Origin: Octopus vulgaris
Lineage: Eukaryota
DNA: 64,000 bases
Direction of reading: 5' to 3'
Assembly (NCBI GenBank): GCA_951406725.2
Contig: OX597820.1
Coordinates: forward strand, 68,882,001-68,946,000
The notes beneath the pieces were generated by a model. The model was not told the DNA's origin, did not search any database, and was given only the letters and a program-made list of their open reading frames with translations. Both the position numbers and the translations under genes were made by a program. The stretch's first letter is position 1, and every line of letters starts with the position of its first letter. Below are positions 52,060 through 64,000 of the stretch, one piece after another.

Positions 52060-54569
52060 AGAGAGCAAACAAAGGAACACAAAGTATTAGTAGCCAGCTC
52101 AATTTATGCTACGCAAGTTTCCTAAGCGTGGTCCTTAAATCAATAATGTTTCATATTACATAATACTCATTTAAAATATATTGTTACAATCAATATGAAG
52201 TAATATCATCATCAAGAAATGTATTTGCGGAAAAATTCATCGAAATATATCAGTGGGTTTGTGTGTGCACATATACGTATAGCACGTCGAGCGAGTCGGT
52301 GTGCGTGGCCCGGCTCCTCCTCGCTTAAGTTAGATCGTCGTACCGATCTAACAGGCATTTGGCTGCAGCGAACGGTTAACTCGGAACGGGTAGGAAATGA
52401 GGAAATCCTACTGCCTAATTATCTAATTATATGTATATATATATATATATAAACCCGGTTTGTTAAAGTCCAATATTAGCGTTTCTTCTAATAGGCTCAG
52501 CATAAATATCGCCGCGGTTAAGACCGCGCTCTATTCATATTTAATTTAAGATTGCACCCTCAATTTTAAAAGATTTAAACAGCATTAAGTGAATTTATAT
52601 AAAATGCATATATTTACGAAATTTCTAACTTCCTTACATTTCTAAAACATAACTGTTCTTGCATTTAGTAAATAAAACACCTACCTATCTTCTTTCGTAC
52701 ACGCTGTTGATGTTGATAATAAACGTCACCATATTACATATACTGGCTTTCAGCTTGCAGCTTAATGTAAATCTGACATAACAATAATTTAGCACATGTT
52801 AACTAACTTGAAAATCTTATAATATGTAGCCGCGCTATCGCTATTAATTGCGCTAAAGATATCAAACCTCGTGATGGGAAAGGAATAGCATTCGCAATCT
52901 CCTGTTCTGCTAAAACATTGTCTGTGCTAGCATATTTAATGTGAAGCTTTATTTGAAGCTTTTATCTTTTGGTAGTTGATCTGAATGGGTGTAAATGTAG
53001 GTATGGTCGATATTAAAGGTGTTATTTGTTAGTCCAGTATAATTACCATCAATACCTCCAAGAATAATATAGTTCCTACAAATACCAGTGCTTTGCAGTG
53101 ACATTATCCTTGAAGCAAAAAGATTAGGATATTTCTCAGCAAAATAAAATTTTGGTGGGTGGGGAGATTATGTTTTATAGGTTTATATCTTATTTGGTTA
53201 AATGTTTTAGTGCCTTGTGATATGAAGTCTGGGAATCAATGCCTCTATAGAGAAGTATAGATGACCGGAGTATTATTGGGATTGAAGTATTTGTTCTATT
53301 TGTGCACAGATCAGAAATATTATTCTTTTTAACTGTGTGAGTAGCTACATTTATAATCTATTCATGTCGATGTCAGCTTCGCATTTCTTCATATCGGGGT
53401 CGATAAAATAAGTACCTGTTGAACTCTAAAGCCGATGTTATCGACTTATCCTCTCCTCCTAAACTGATCACCGTGTGCAAACATTTCAAACTAATATTAA
53501 ACTGGAGAATTACTCGATAATTTTTCGTGGAGTACATGTTTGTCAAAATTTTACAAGAAGTGATAATGACTTCGAAGTTTTGGTCGGCTAACCTTCGTCA
53601 GATATTATACATACATTTGTGTGCGCGTATATTTAATTGTATACACTCAAGCTTATATGTCTTTTGTATGGGTTTAAAGAGATATTCTATAAAGACCTTG
53701 GAAAATATCTTTAAAATTTGGAACGACGTCAGTGATGTTTTGGAAGTGACATATTCATGACCGTGATTCGAAATCTTGTTGCACGCTTGGCTTCTTTAAA
53801 ACTTATCTTTCAGCCACGATACTATTAAGCTTCTAAAACCAGTAATAATATAATCTAAATGTGTGTATGCAGCAGACCAAACATTTAATAAATTTTTATC
53901 GTGAATGAAAAGTGTGACAAACAAATTATCGCTTTCATCTTTTTTTCGTTATATTTTCTCTTTATTCATTTGGTAACTTTGACTTTCCTTCTTAAGACTT
54001 CCCTTTGAATATTTCTTTAACCGCAGATTTAGAATTTTCCATAACTAGTACTTAGATAAATATCAGACTCTTGTACAAATTTAAGCGAAAATCCTTACCG
54101 GATTAAAAAGCATAAAAGATAACGGAGGAAAAAAAATATGTCTCCCCTGCCTACAAATGTTGAAGGAAATCATTCTATCTTCCAAAAGCATTAAGTATGA
54201 AAAGACTTTGATACGTCAGTGAATCCAGAGGCAATTCTGGCAAAAAGATTTGCCAGTATTGGATCTGCCAAGAAGACTACTCGATAAAACCACGATTGAA
54301 ATGAAGATAATATTTGAACATGCTCATTCACACATGCAAATGAATGATGATATATAACGTACAGCTACATATACATCTATATATGTACTTGTGCATGCAT
54401 ATGTATGTATGTGTCTGTGTGCGCATGTGTGTGAATATATGTATGTGGATATTTATATTCAAAGAAAATAAGCAACATCATCTATGAACGTATTCATCAG
54501 TAGTTTTATCATCTAAAGCTTGTATTATTTCGATTGAAAGGTACATTTACGTTCTAAATTTTGTAAGTT

Positions 54570-54603
<34 letters not shown>

Positions 54604-54722
54604 TATATATATATGTGTGTACATATATATATATCTATGCATACATACATACACATATCAACACACATATATATATTCATTTATTTATTAGTATGTATAA
54701 ATAAATACATGTACATATATAC

Positions 54723-54770
<48 letters not shown>

Positions 54771-54842
54771 TATATGTATATACACACACATGACAGTCTC
54801 AAGTAAAAATACAGTCATTTTGTATGTATATATATTTTATAT

Positions 54843-54978
54843 GTTTCAGTCATTTGACTGCGGCCAAGCTAGAGCACCACCTTTAGTCGAAAACATCGAC
54901 CCGAGGAATTATTCTTTGTAAGCCTAGTACTTATTCTGAGTGCATTTGGTTGACGGAAACTGATAAAAGCCCATCGCG

Positions 54979-55030
<52 letters not shown>
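54843..55030 (-). mobile_element. SINE family A copy with a 5' inversion
   Basis: 54843-54936 is the 3' tail on the minus strand. From 54937 (TGAGTGCATTTGGTTGACGGAAACTGA) the sequence is an upstream internal segment on the plus strand. Confidence 0.75.
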
Positions 55031-55031
<1 letters not shown>

Positions 55032-55465
55032 ATGTATTACGTGTATATGCATTTATGTATGTATATATGTATATATGTATGTATGTATTAATGTATGTAT
55101 GTATGTATGTATGGTATGTATGTATGTATGTATGTATGTATGTATGTATTTATGTATGTATGTATGTATGTATGTATGTATGTATGTATGTGTAGCAGCC
55201 GAGTAACTATCTCCGAAGGTGAAAATAAGAAGCTCGAAACCATATGGTCTGACGGTCTCGGGGCTAGAATAGTAAGGAGTTCTCTCCTCGCTTGCAATGT
55301 ATATTGAGTCCAGAGTGTACTGCATAACCAGCTAGAGGAGGTGCTCATCTGGGATTAAAAATAGCAGTATCCGTGTTTAGGTGGGTTTAAATACTATTCA
55401 TCTGTAATGTATACTGGTTTTGTCTATTACATAGTTTTTCTTGACTAGAGTAGCTAGTTTGTTAA

Positions 55466-55496
<31 letters not shown>

Positions 55497-55497
<1 letters not shown>

Positions 55498-55614
55498 TGG
55501 CCTGCTCGCTTAGCCAGCAGGGTGGCGTCATTTGAAGGCTAAAACAATGCGAAGCGCATTGTGACCAGCGATGTGTAACAACATCTGATAGCCTGGTCGG
55601 TCACGGTGATCACG

Positions 55615-55620
<6 letters not shown>
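55497..55620 (+). mobile_element. SINE family C 3' tail
   Basis: Reverse complement of 56430-56549. Confidence 0.88.
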
Positions 55621-55670
<50 letters not shown>

Positions 55671-55675
<5 letters not shown>

Positions 55676-56389
55676 TGTACATTTAAAAAAAACAAAAAGG
55701 TACCCATCATAGGGCTACCTACACGCTAGAGAGGACAGTTAAATTCCAAACCACTATTAGGGATAAAATTTCGAATGGAATGAAAAATAAAAACATTTAC
55801 CATCTAACACCTGGACCAATGGTTTCAGACATTTTTTAGCAAATAAAATAATTTGCCAGGCGAAGCCTTCTTCAGCAGGTACACCTTAGATGAAATATAT
55901 ATACACGAGGCAATCCAGTATATGCCCCGTGCTTATACATTCTAAGTTTTCAAATCTACCGCGCAGGCGCAGCTCCCTGTCGACAGTAATTAAATATGCC
56001 GGCTTTTTCATTTCGAAAATTTTCCAAGAAAAAAAATATCAATAATTAATAATATCAAATATTAATTTGAAATATTAGAAATTTCCATTACCAGTGGCCT
56101 AGCGTGTAAAAGTTTAGTCAATAAACTATATATTATTCAAATAAATACAGTGTACAGGAGTTAGATGGCAAATGTTTGTATTTTTCATTCCATTCGAAAT
56201 TTTTCTCTAATAGTGGTTTGGAATTTAACTGTCCTCTCTAGCGTGCAAGTAGTCCTATGATGGACACCTCTTTTGTTTTTAAATGTACACTGTATTTATA
56301 TGAATAATATATAGTCTATTGACTAAATTTTTTACACGCTAGGCCACTGGTAATGGATATTTCTAATATTTCAGATTACCCTTTGATAT

Positions 56390-56390
<1 letters not shown>
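55671..56390. repeat. Interleaved inverted-repeat element (A-C-B-A'-B'), MITE-like
   Basis: A 55671-55813 pairs with A' 56155-56294. B 56050-56156 pairs with B' 56284-56390. A starts TA-CAGTGTAC and A' ends GTACACTG-TA. Confidence 0.85.
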
Positions 56391-56429
<39 letters not shown>

Positions 56430-56430
<1 letters not shown>

Positions 56431-56734
56431 CACGTGATCACGTGACCGACAAGGCTATCAGATGTTGCTACACATCGCTGGTCACAATGCGTTTCGCATT
56501 GTTTTAGCCTTCAAATGACGCCACCTCGATGGCTAAGCGAGCGGGCCAACAGAAGAAAGAGTGAGAGAAAGTTGAGGCGAAAGAGGACAGCAGGGTTTGC
56601 TATCACCCCCTGCCGGAGCCTCGTGGAGTTTTAGGCCTTTTCGCTCAATAAACACTCACAACGTCCGGTCTCGGAATCGAAATTGCGATGCTACGACAGC
56701 GAGTCCTCTGCCCTAACCACTGGACCTTTGCGCC
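56430..56734 (-). mobile_element. tRNA-derived SINE family C, full length
   Basis: Minus strand GGCGCAAAGGTCCAGTGGTTAGGGCAG (A-box)..TTTCGATTCC (B-box)..tail AACAATGCGAAACGCATTGTGACC..(CACGTGAT)2. Confidence 0.88.
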
Positions 56735-56923
56735 TCTTCTTTTTTTTTTTTCCTCTCCCCCTTTTTTTTAACCCCCCTTTTTTTGTCCTCTTTCTCTCCT
56801 TTTACGATCCCTTTTGATCGAAACTCCCCCCCCTTCCTTTTTTTTTTTTAACCTTCAAAAGAAAAGCTCTACATTGTAATTTGTTCTATCTGTGTGCAGC
56901 CCTGTGTGGCTAATAAAGAAACA

Positions 56924-56953
<30 letters not shown>
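56735..56953 (+). mobile_element. Probable LINE 3' UTR stub with AATAAA and a (TATC)n tail
   Basis: Pyrimidine-rich tract, hairpin CAGCC-CTGTGT-GGCTA, AATAAA, then (TATC)n. Confidence 0.4.
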
Positions 56954-56954
<1 letters not shown>

Positions 56955-57219
56955 AAACCAAGCAAACTAGCTGGTCAAGGAAATCTCTGTAATAGATGAA
57001 ACTAGTATACATACTGAGCAATAGTATTCAAACCCACTTAAACACGGTTGTTCCCTGTTCCCTAGATACCGATGATACCGCTATATGTATATATTTGAAC
57101 TGCGAGATGATCAATTGTTTGCGATAAATATATTTGTTTTTCACTCGTTTATTACTGTTCTTATCCTAACTCATGTCCACGATTTCACATCAGGAGTCTT
57201 GCAATACAAATTCATAAAC

Positions 57220-57259
<40 letters not shown>

Positions 57260-57435
57260 TATTATCTCTCACTCTTTCTATTTTATATTTTCTCTCCCTC
57301 TTTACCTCTGTTTTCTTTTCTGTTGAAGAGCGTAGGCTCGAAACATAAAAGACATTCTCATTTCCCGAACGTGAAACTTATACACCTGTTTGTTGTTTAC
57401 ACACCCGTCTTCGTCTTTTGTTTTTTTGTAAATTC

Positions 57436-57440
<5 letters not shown>
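57260..57440 (+). repeat. Family H2 repeat with CUGUUGA hammerhead-like motif (57314-57352)
   Basis: UUUU-CUGUUGA-A-GAGC GUAG GCUC-GAAAC-AUA-AAAG, embedded in (TA)n. Confidence 0.75.
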
Positions 57441-57503
<63 letters not shown>

Positions 57504-57625
57504 TAATACTACATGCCGAAATTACTTAAACTTTCCTCGAGTGGGGCTTTTACATGCCGAAATCTACTTGGTGAAATTAATGATTATTCCAAATTAATTA
57601 ATTTCACCCTATATTATATATACAT

Positions 57626-57691
<66 letters not shown>

Positions 57692-57798
57692 GGAGAGAGA
57701 GAGAGAGAGAGAGATTCAGATGAATATGGTACTTAAGTTGAGGCACCAGAATTTAGTACGGTATTATCCATACAATTTCAAAATGATTATTTTGACTT

Positions 57799-57849
<51 letters not shown>

Positions 57850-57857
<8 letters not shown>

Positions 57858-57969
57858 ATCTCATGACCGACCAGACCATCAGATGTTGTTACACAACGCT
57901 GGTCACAATGCGTTCTTATTGTTTTAGCCTTCGAATGACACCACCCCGCTGGCTAAGCGAGCAGGCCAA
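57850..57969 (-). mobile_element. SINE family C 3' tail
   Basis: Matches 56430-56549 and is truncated at the same point (GGCCAA) as the 55497 copy. Confidence 0.85.
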
Positions 57970-59575
57970 TATATATATATATATATGTATGCATGTATGT
58001 ATGTATGTCGATTACATTAACGCCATTGCTCAACTGGTACATATTTTATAGACAGGGTGTTGATAATACCACTATTTCGTAGATAAATCTACTTGGGACT
58101 GGTAAAACACGAAGCCTCATACTATGTATCATCGAAAGATATCAAATGCCTTACAAAGATGGAGAAATTACAATCCTAATTCTTTCGAGATCATCAGTCC
58201 GCCAAGATTGAGACTCACCTGCATACGTATAAGCAAAATGGTGCCTAATTCTTTGAAGAAGGGTCTTGCCAATGCATACACGTGTTTTGTTTACAGTCCT
58301 CAGACGTTTATCAGACATACTAGGGCTGACTTGACATCACACGGCTTCACACAAGTCAGAGCGCAAAGAGCCAGAAAAAAGAGCCTGGATGGGTGCTTAT
58401 TCTTTCTAAACCTTAAAGGGAGCAAGAAGACTATGTGTTCGGTACAATTTAAATTCAGATAACTGGGTTTCGGTAAAGCAGTGTCTGGCCTACTATACGA
58501 CATTTTAATAGCATATATAACCGGTTCGAGAAAGCTAATCATTTGAGTTGGGTATGCACATACCGTGAACTATAATGTATGTGGACATACATGGACCTTG
58601 CCACTGTAAATCAAGTTCACCTAAGAGTAATATTAAATCGTTACATGGGACCAACAGCTCAATGTTGTTGGGCGTTATTTATCTATATAGTTTAAACAAA
58701 TGCGTAGAATCTGCCTCAAATATAACACATGATAAATTATGGAATACATATCAGAATATTCAACTCTTCAGCTGCTGTTGAACTAAAGACCTTCTTTCTT
58801 TTGGCTGGGAAACATAGACAATTAAACATAACTGCTGCCCTCACGATATATGCTGATATTGAGAGAGAGAGAGGGGGGAGAGAGGGAGAGAGCCAGACGG
58901 GCAGAGAGAGAGAGCGACAAGCGAGAGAGAGAGAAAGGGAGACTGCACGAGAGACAGACAGACAGAGAGAGATTGCGCGCAAGAGAGAGTTAGAAAGAGA
59001 ACTAGGTATATAGATATATATAGATGAGTATATCTGTATAATACACATTTGGATGATTGTATATATGTGTGTATGTGTGTGTGTGTGTGTAAATAAATTT
59101 CTGACACACACACGCACATACATATGCGTGCGTGCACGCACACTTACATAATATCTGCATGAGTTCATAAAAAGAAACATATATTGTCAATTCGCTCATC
59201 TTCAATGTATATATATACATACTAAATTACACTTATATATTACAGTTAAATTATGTATAGCGTGTTAAAATTCTTGTGTGATACAAGATGGAGAATTTAA
59301 ATATTCATACTACATCATATATGACAACTATATTGAGGAAAATTCCAAAACATGGCTTTATAACGGGCTAAAAGTGAGTTGAACATGGAAATACATAACG
59401 TCTGTATGTTATATTTATCATGTATAGCTTTTATACATTATTCACGAAAGATTTTAGTAATCTTCCGACCGCGTATACATCCAACTCTTAAATATCTGAA
59501 AGTAATACATACATACGTATACCAAATCACGAGATAGACACACTCTTATGCGACACAAGACATTCACACAAAACA

Positions 59576-59684
<109 letters not shown>

Positions 59685-59908
59685 AATGGATCTCCGTCGG
59701 TTTCGATGGTGAGTAATAATTTGCTCCATCACTGAATAAATTTGATGTAGAGTGTACAAGACAGGTCGTAGGCAAAAAGTTCAATTAAAATATAAATCTT
59801 TAATTAGTGTTGTTTACTCGTGTGTAGTATTTTTCCTTTTTTTTTGCATAATTTGATATCTTGATATGCTGATATATATAAGTATATATGTGCGTGTGTT
59901 TGTGTGTA

Positions 59909-59946
<38 letters not shown>

Positions 59947-59954
59947 TATATGTA

Positions 59955-60004
<50 letters not shown>

Positions 60005-60005
60005 C

Positions 60006-60051
<46 letters not shown>

Positions 60052-60061
60052 GTATACATAT

Positions 60062-60132
<71 letters not shown>

Positions 60133-60877
60133 TTGATAGATAGATAGATTGCGTGATAGGTAAATAGTTAGATAATTAATTGATTGATACACAGATAACT
60201 CGCGATACATGTGAGGGCGTGTATGTCTGTGAGCGTATGTGTGTGTGTGTGTGTGTATGTGTGTGTGTAAGAGAGAGAGAGAGAAAAAGAGGGAGAAGGT
60301 GAGAGAATGTGTGTATTGTGAAGCAGGTGTTGATTAACTAAGTATCAAGGGAGTGAATATTCAACTGTTACGTTTTTAACGTATGTATTTAAATAGACAT
60401 AGATAGACACACACACACACACATGCGTACATACATAAATATACTTACATATATACACGTATACGTACATAGATGCATGCATATATATATATATATACAC
60501 ATATACGTTTATATATATGTGTGTTTGTGTATGTATATACATATATACGTATATATATGTGTGTGTACATATATATGTATATATATATGTATATATATAT
60601 GTATATAATATATATATATAAATATTTACATATATACATATATATACACATATGTATATATATATATGTATATATATGTATATATATATATATATATATA
60701 TACATACATATATATATATGTACGTATACAGCTACACATATATACACATATATGTATATAGATACATATATACAAATATATATATATTTACATATATATA
60801 TATATATATATATATACATACATATATATATATACATATATATATATGTACATACACACATATATATATATGCATAT

Positions 60878-61498
60878 ATCCTTAAATCCGTAAAAATGTT
60901 TTAGCCCGAAGGCCGCGGCCATGCTGGGGCACCACCGCTGAATGAGCTACACTAGTTTGTGAATCCACCTCTGATACGTGGCACTTGATCAACAAGGGAG
61001 TTCGATGCTGCTGCCCGCATCCGTGTCTCCTGTCGTGAGGTAGGTTCATCTGGGACTCCCAACAAGAAGAGATCCAGTTTAGTTTTAAAGAAACCCACAT
61101 CCACACCATGTAAGTCTCTCAGGCATTTAGGGAGGATGTTAAAGAGCTGTGGTCCTCTGAAACCCAAGCTGTTGCAGTATCTGGACCTGTATTTTGATGG
61201 TGATGTTGGAATCCTTGGCACCACGCAGCGGCGCCCCGTTCTGCGGTTGGAGTAACTTTGAATGCCAAAGTTTGGGACAAGACCCTCCAGGATTTTCCAG
61301 ATGTATATCACTGCATATCTCTCTCCGCCTCCGCTCCAGGGAGAAGAGGTTTAATACCTTCAGTCTTTCCCAGTAGCTGACATTTTGCATTGAGACGATT
61401 TTCTTTGTGTAGCTTCTCTGAGTTGCTTCGAGTTCTGCTGTTTGTTTTATATTGTGTGGTGACCAAAGTTGGGAGCAGTAGTCCAAGCGGCTGGGGAC
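60878..61498 (-). mobile_element. CR1-group LINE 3' fragment (ORF2 C-terminus with one frameshift, short 3' UTR)
   Basis: [89 protein letters not shown]; stop at 60952. Confidence 0.92.
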
Positions 61499-61529
61499 AT
61501 ATATATATATATATGTATATATATACCTA

Positions 61530-61608
<79 letters not shown>

Positions 61609-62729
61609 ATATATATATATACATACACACATACGTACGTATATATTTATTTATGTAACTCTTTCTTCTTTAGAATAAAAATTTCAATGATCTTATTTTT
61701 TAATATGTCTATGTTGTAGTTATATAATATTTTTATTTCCATTTTTCAACTTGTATATTTGGTATTTTATTACTTTTCTAATTGTTTGTTTTATCTTACC
61801 TTCCTAAACCACCACGTCTTTCTTTATCCCTCACTCTCTGCCTCTGTCCGTCTCTTTCTGTCTGTCTGTATATCTATCGGTCTGTCTGTCTCTTTCTCTC
61901 TCCTCTCTTTTACTCTGTTTTTTTTTGTGTCTTTCTCTCCTTTGTCTCTGCCTCTACATTTTCCATCCTTCCTCACTATCCCCGCTACAGTTTGTCTGGA
62001 TTGTTTTTATTTATTTATTCTCATTTTGTTTTTACTCCTTCCTTCAGTTCCCTTCTCTTTAACCAACCAACTGTTATTTAATCTTACACTCCCCTTCCTT
62101 TTCACAAAGAACGATATATTTTCACAAAGCATTCTCAAACAACTATTTTCTATTTTCTTTACTGAATTTCCTCCATTTTAATTTTCAATCAATAAAATTA
62201 TTCTGTTGTTATTATATCATTTAAGTTTTTTTTTCTAAACAAATATAAAGTTCTAACGATTGCTTATTTAATCTTTAAAAAAATTCTTAATTATTGCTGC
62301 TATTCATAGCATTACTGGTACAGTTATAAGTCTTACAAATCAATATATGCTTTGCAAAATTTTATTTGTGTTTTAAAATTAATTTATCACACATTGTTAA
62401 AGTTACGATGACATTCGTTCTGTTAATACAGTCAGTTTTTCTACGCATCAGATATATTCCGTTGGTTATGTTTATATATATTTAACAATAAATTCTACGA
62501 TAGTTAACAATGAATCTATGGAGATAGAAAAAGTGGGTAGTAGATGACAACGACTTTAGTGCTGAGATAAATAATAATACTCTCCTATATAAAACGAAGG
62601 TACAGATTTCGAAATGAAGGTAATCATGGATTAAATCCTGAAGGTGCAGGCCATAGTGAGCAAACTGGTGAACTAAAGATTACACGATCGTGGATTCGAT
62701 TTTCTAAGCTGGTACTGTATGGTATTCTA

Positions 62730-63302
62730 TTGTGTTGTCCGGAAAGTTTGTGCTGATTTATAGCAGCTTACCTTTCGACTTATTTTAGAACAAGTTTGAG
62801 TCCATAAAATAGGATTTTACTACACCTCCATTTGGAGCCCAGGTTAAGTTATCTTTTCGTGGAAGAAGGTTTATGTTCCTATAATCTGTGTTAATTCTGT
62901 AACCCTTTAAAATGGAAGATAAGAAAGTTCATTTTCGGTATTTGAGGCTTTTCTTTTTCCGTAAAGGAAAAAATGCCTCACAAGCAACCAAAGAAATATG
63001 AACAGTTTATGGTGATATTTCTTTATCCGAAAGAACTGTACGGAAGTGGTTCGCAAGGTTTCAAGCTGGAAAGTGTAGCCTTATTGATAAAGAGCGATCA
63101 GGCAGGCCATCCACTAAAGATGATGACCAAATCAAGTCATTAATTGAGAATAACCCACATTGCACAAGCGAGAATTGGCAAAAAGCCTCAACCTATCAAA
63201 ATCCTTCGTTCATGAGCACCTCGTAAGGCTTGGGTAATGGTTAGTATTTATTGACCTTTTTCTTTCCTTTAAAAATCGGCACGAACTTATCGGACAACAC
63301 AA
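62730..63302 (+). mobile_element. Internally deleted mariner element (non-autonomous)
   Basis: TA flanks. TIR TTGTGTTGTCCGGAAAGTTTGTGCTGATTT versus reverse complement of AAATCGGCACGAACTTATCGGACAACACAA. 62912-63237 encodes MEDKKVHFR..FRKGKNASQA..VYG..SERTVRKWFARF..RSGRP..RELA..VHEHLVRLG. Confidence 0.92.
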
Positions 63303-63613
63303 TAGCTTCTTGCAGTTTGCTCTGAAATGCTTAATGATCATAAAATCGGGCAGAATCTAGACCAACAATCAAGTCGTAGATAGGCAGTGACCGAGGCAAC
63401 ATAAGACGCTTTCTGTAGTAGCCTTACGTCTGGTAAATAGCAGACAGCAAGTTCCTCAAATTATAATCAATTGGCTGAAGCAGTGAAAGGGGATATTTCA
63501 TAAAGTGATTCAAGATAACTTGAAAATGACAAAATAGCTGCGGATGTGAAAAATTTGATCATCTTGATCAAGGCTGAACCGAAACAACAAATCTTCCTAG
63601 TTTTTGCTGGTGT

Positions 63614-63705
<92 letters not shown>

Positions 63706-63745
63706 GTATCTATCTATCTACCTATTCATCTATACACATACACAC

Positions 63746-63777
<32 letters not shown>

Positions 63778-63781
<4 letters not shown>

Positions 63782-64000
63782 TGTGATCACGTGACCGACC
63801 AGACCAACAGATGTTGCTACACATCGCTGGTCACAATGCGTTTGCATTGTTTTAGCCTTCGAATGACGCCACCCCTCTGGCTAAGCGGAAACAGCAGAAA
63901 GAGTGAGAGAAAGAGTGGTGAAAGAGTACAGCAGGGATCACCACCCCCTGCCGGAGGCTCGTGCTGCATTTTAGGCGTTTTTGCTCAATAAACACACACA
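63778..64000 (-). mobile_element. SINE family C, running off the window end
   Basis: Colinear with 56430-56660. Confidence 0.9.

Noticed and set aside
52300-52382. HDV-like ribozyme suggested by CCTCCTCGCT and a downstream GCGAA
   Set aside because: P3/L3 and a weak P2 can be drawn, but no P1 or P1.1 pairing exists.
55191-55431. Possible solo LTR (TGTAGCAG...CTATTACA)
   Set aside because: The terminal match is only 6/8, with no TSD and no second copy in the window.
58124-58542. Non-repetitive ORFs of 112 aa (+) and 80 aa (-)
   Set aside because: No recognisable motif or convincing splice sites; the lengths are compatible with chance.

Overview
AT-rich, microsatellite-saturated eukaryotic non-coding DNA. 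The SINE families and the (TA)n/(TACA)n/(TATC)n/(AAT)n landscape look like an Octopus-type cephalopod genome (inference from recognition, not a database result). No confident intact protein-coding gene is present, and nearly all listed ORFs are microsatellite artefacts. Identifiable content: (1) a decayed DD36E Tc1-type transposon with TIRs (1741-2969) and an internally deleted mariner (62730-63302); (2) 3' fragments of R4/Dong-type, CR1-group, RTE and Tx1/L1 LINEs; (3) many copies of three tRNA-derived SINE families; (4) several short non-coding repeat families carrying minimal type-I hammerhead-ribozyme motifs and Penelope-like fold-back (inverted-tail) insertions. Item 4 is the most interesting signal. 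One copy fuses a tRNA Pol III head, (AAT)n and a hammerhead inside a 12-bp target-site duplication. Another family has a non-canonical CUGUNGA core. A weak candidate spliced micro-gene lies on the minus strand.
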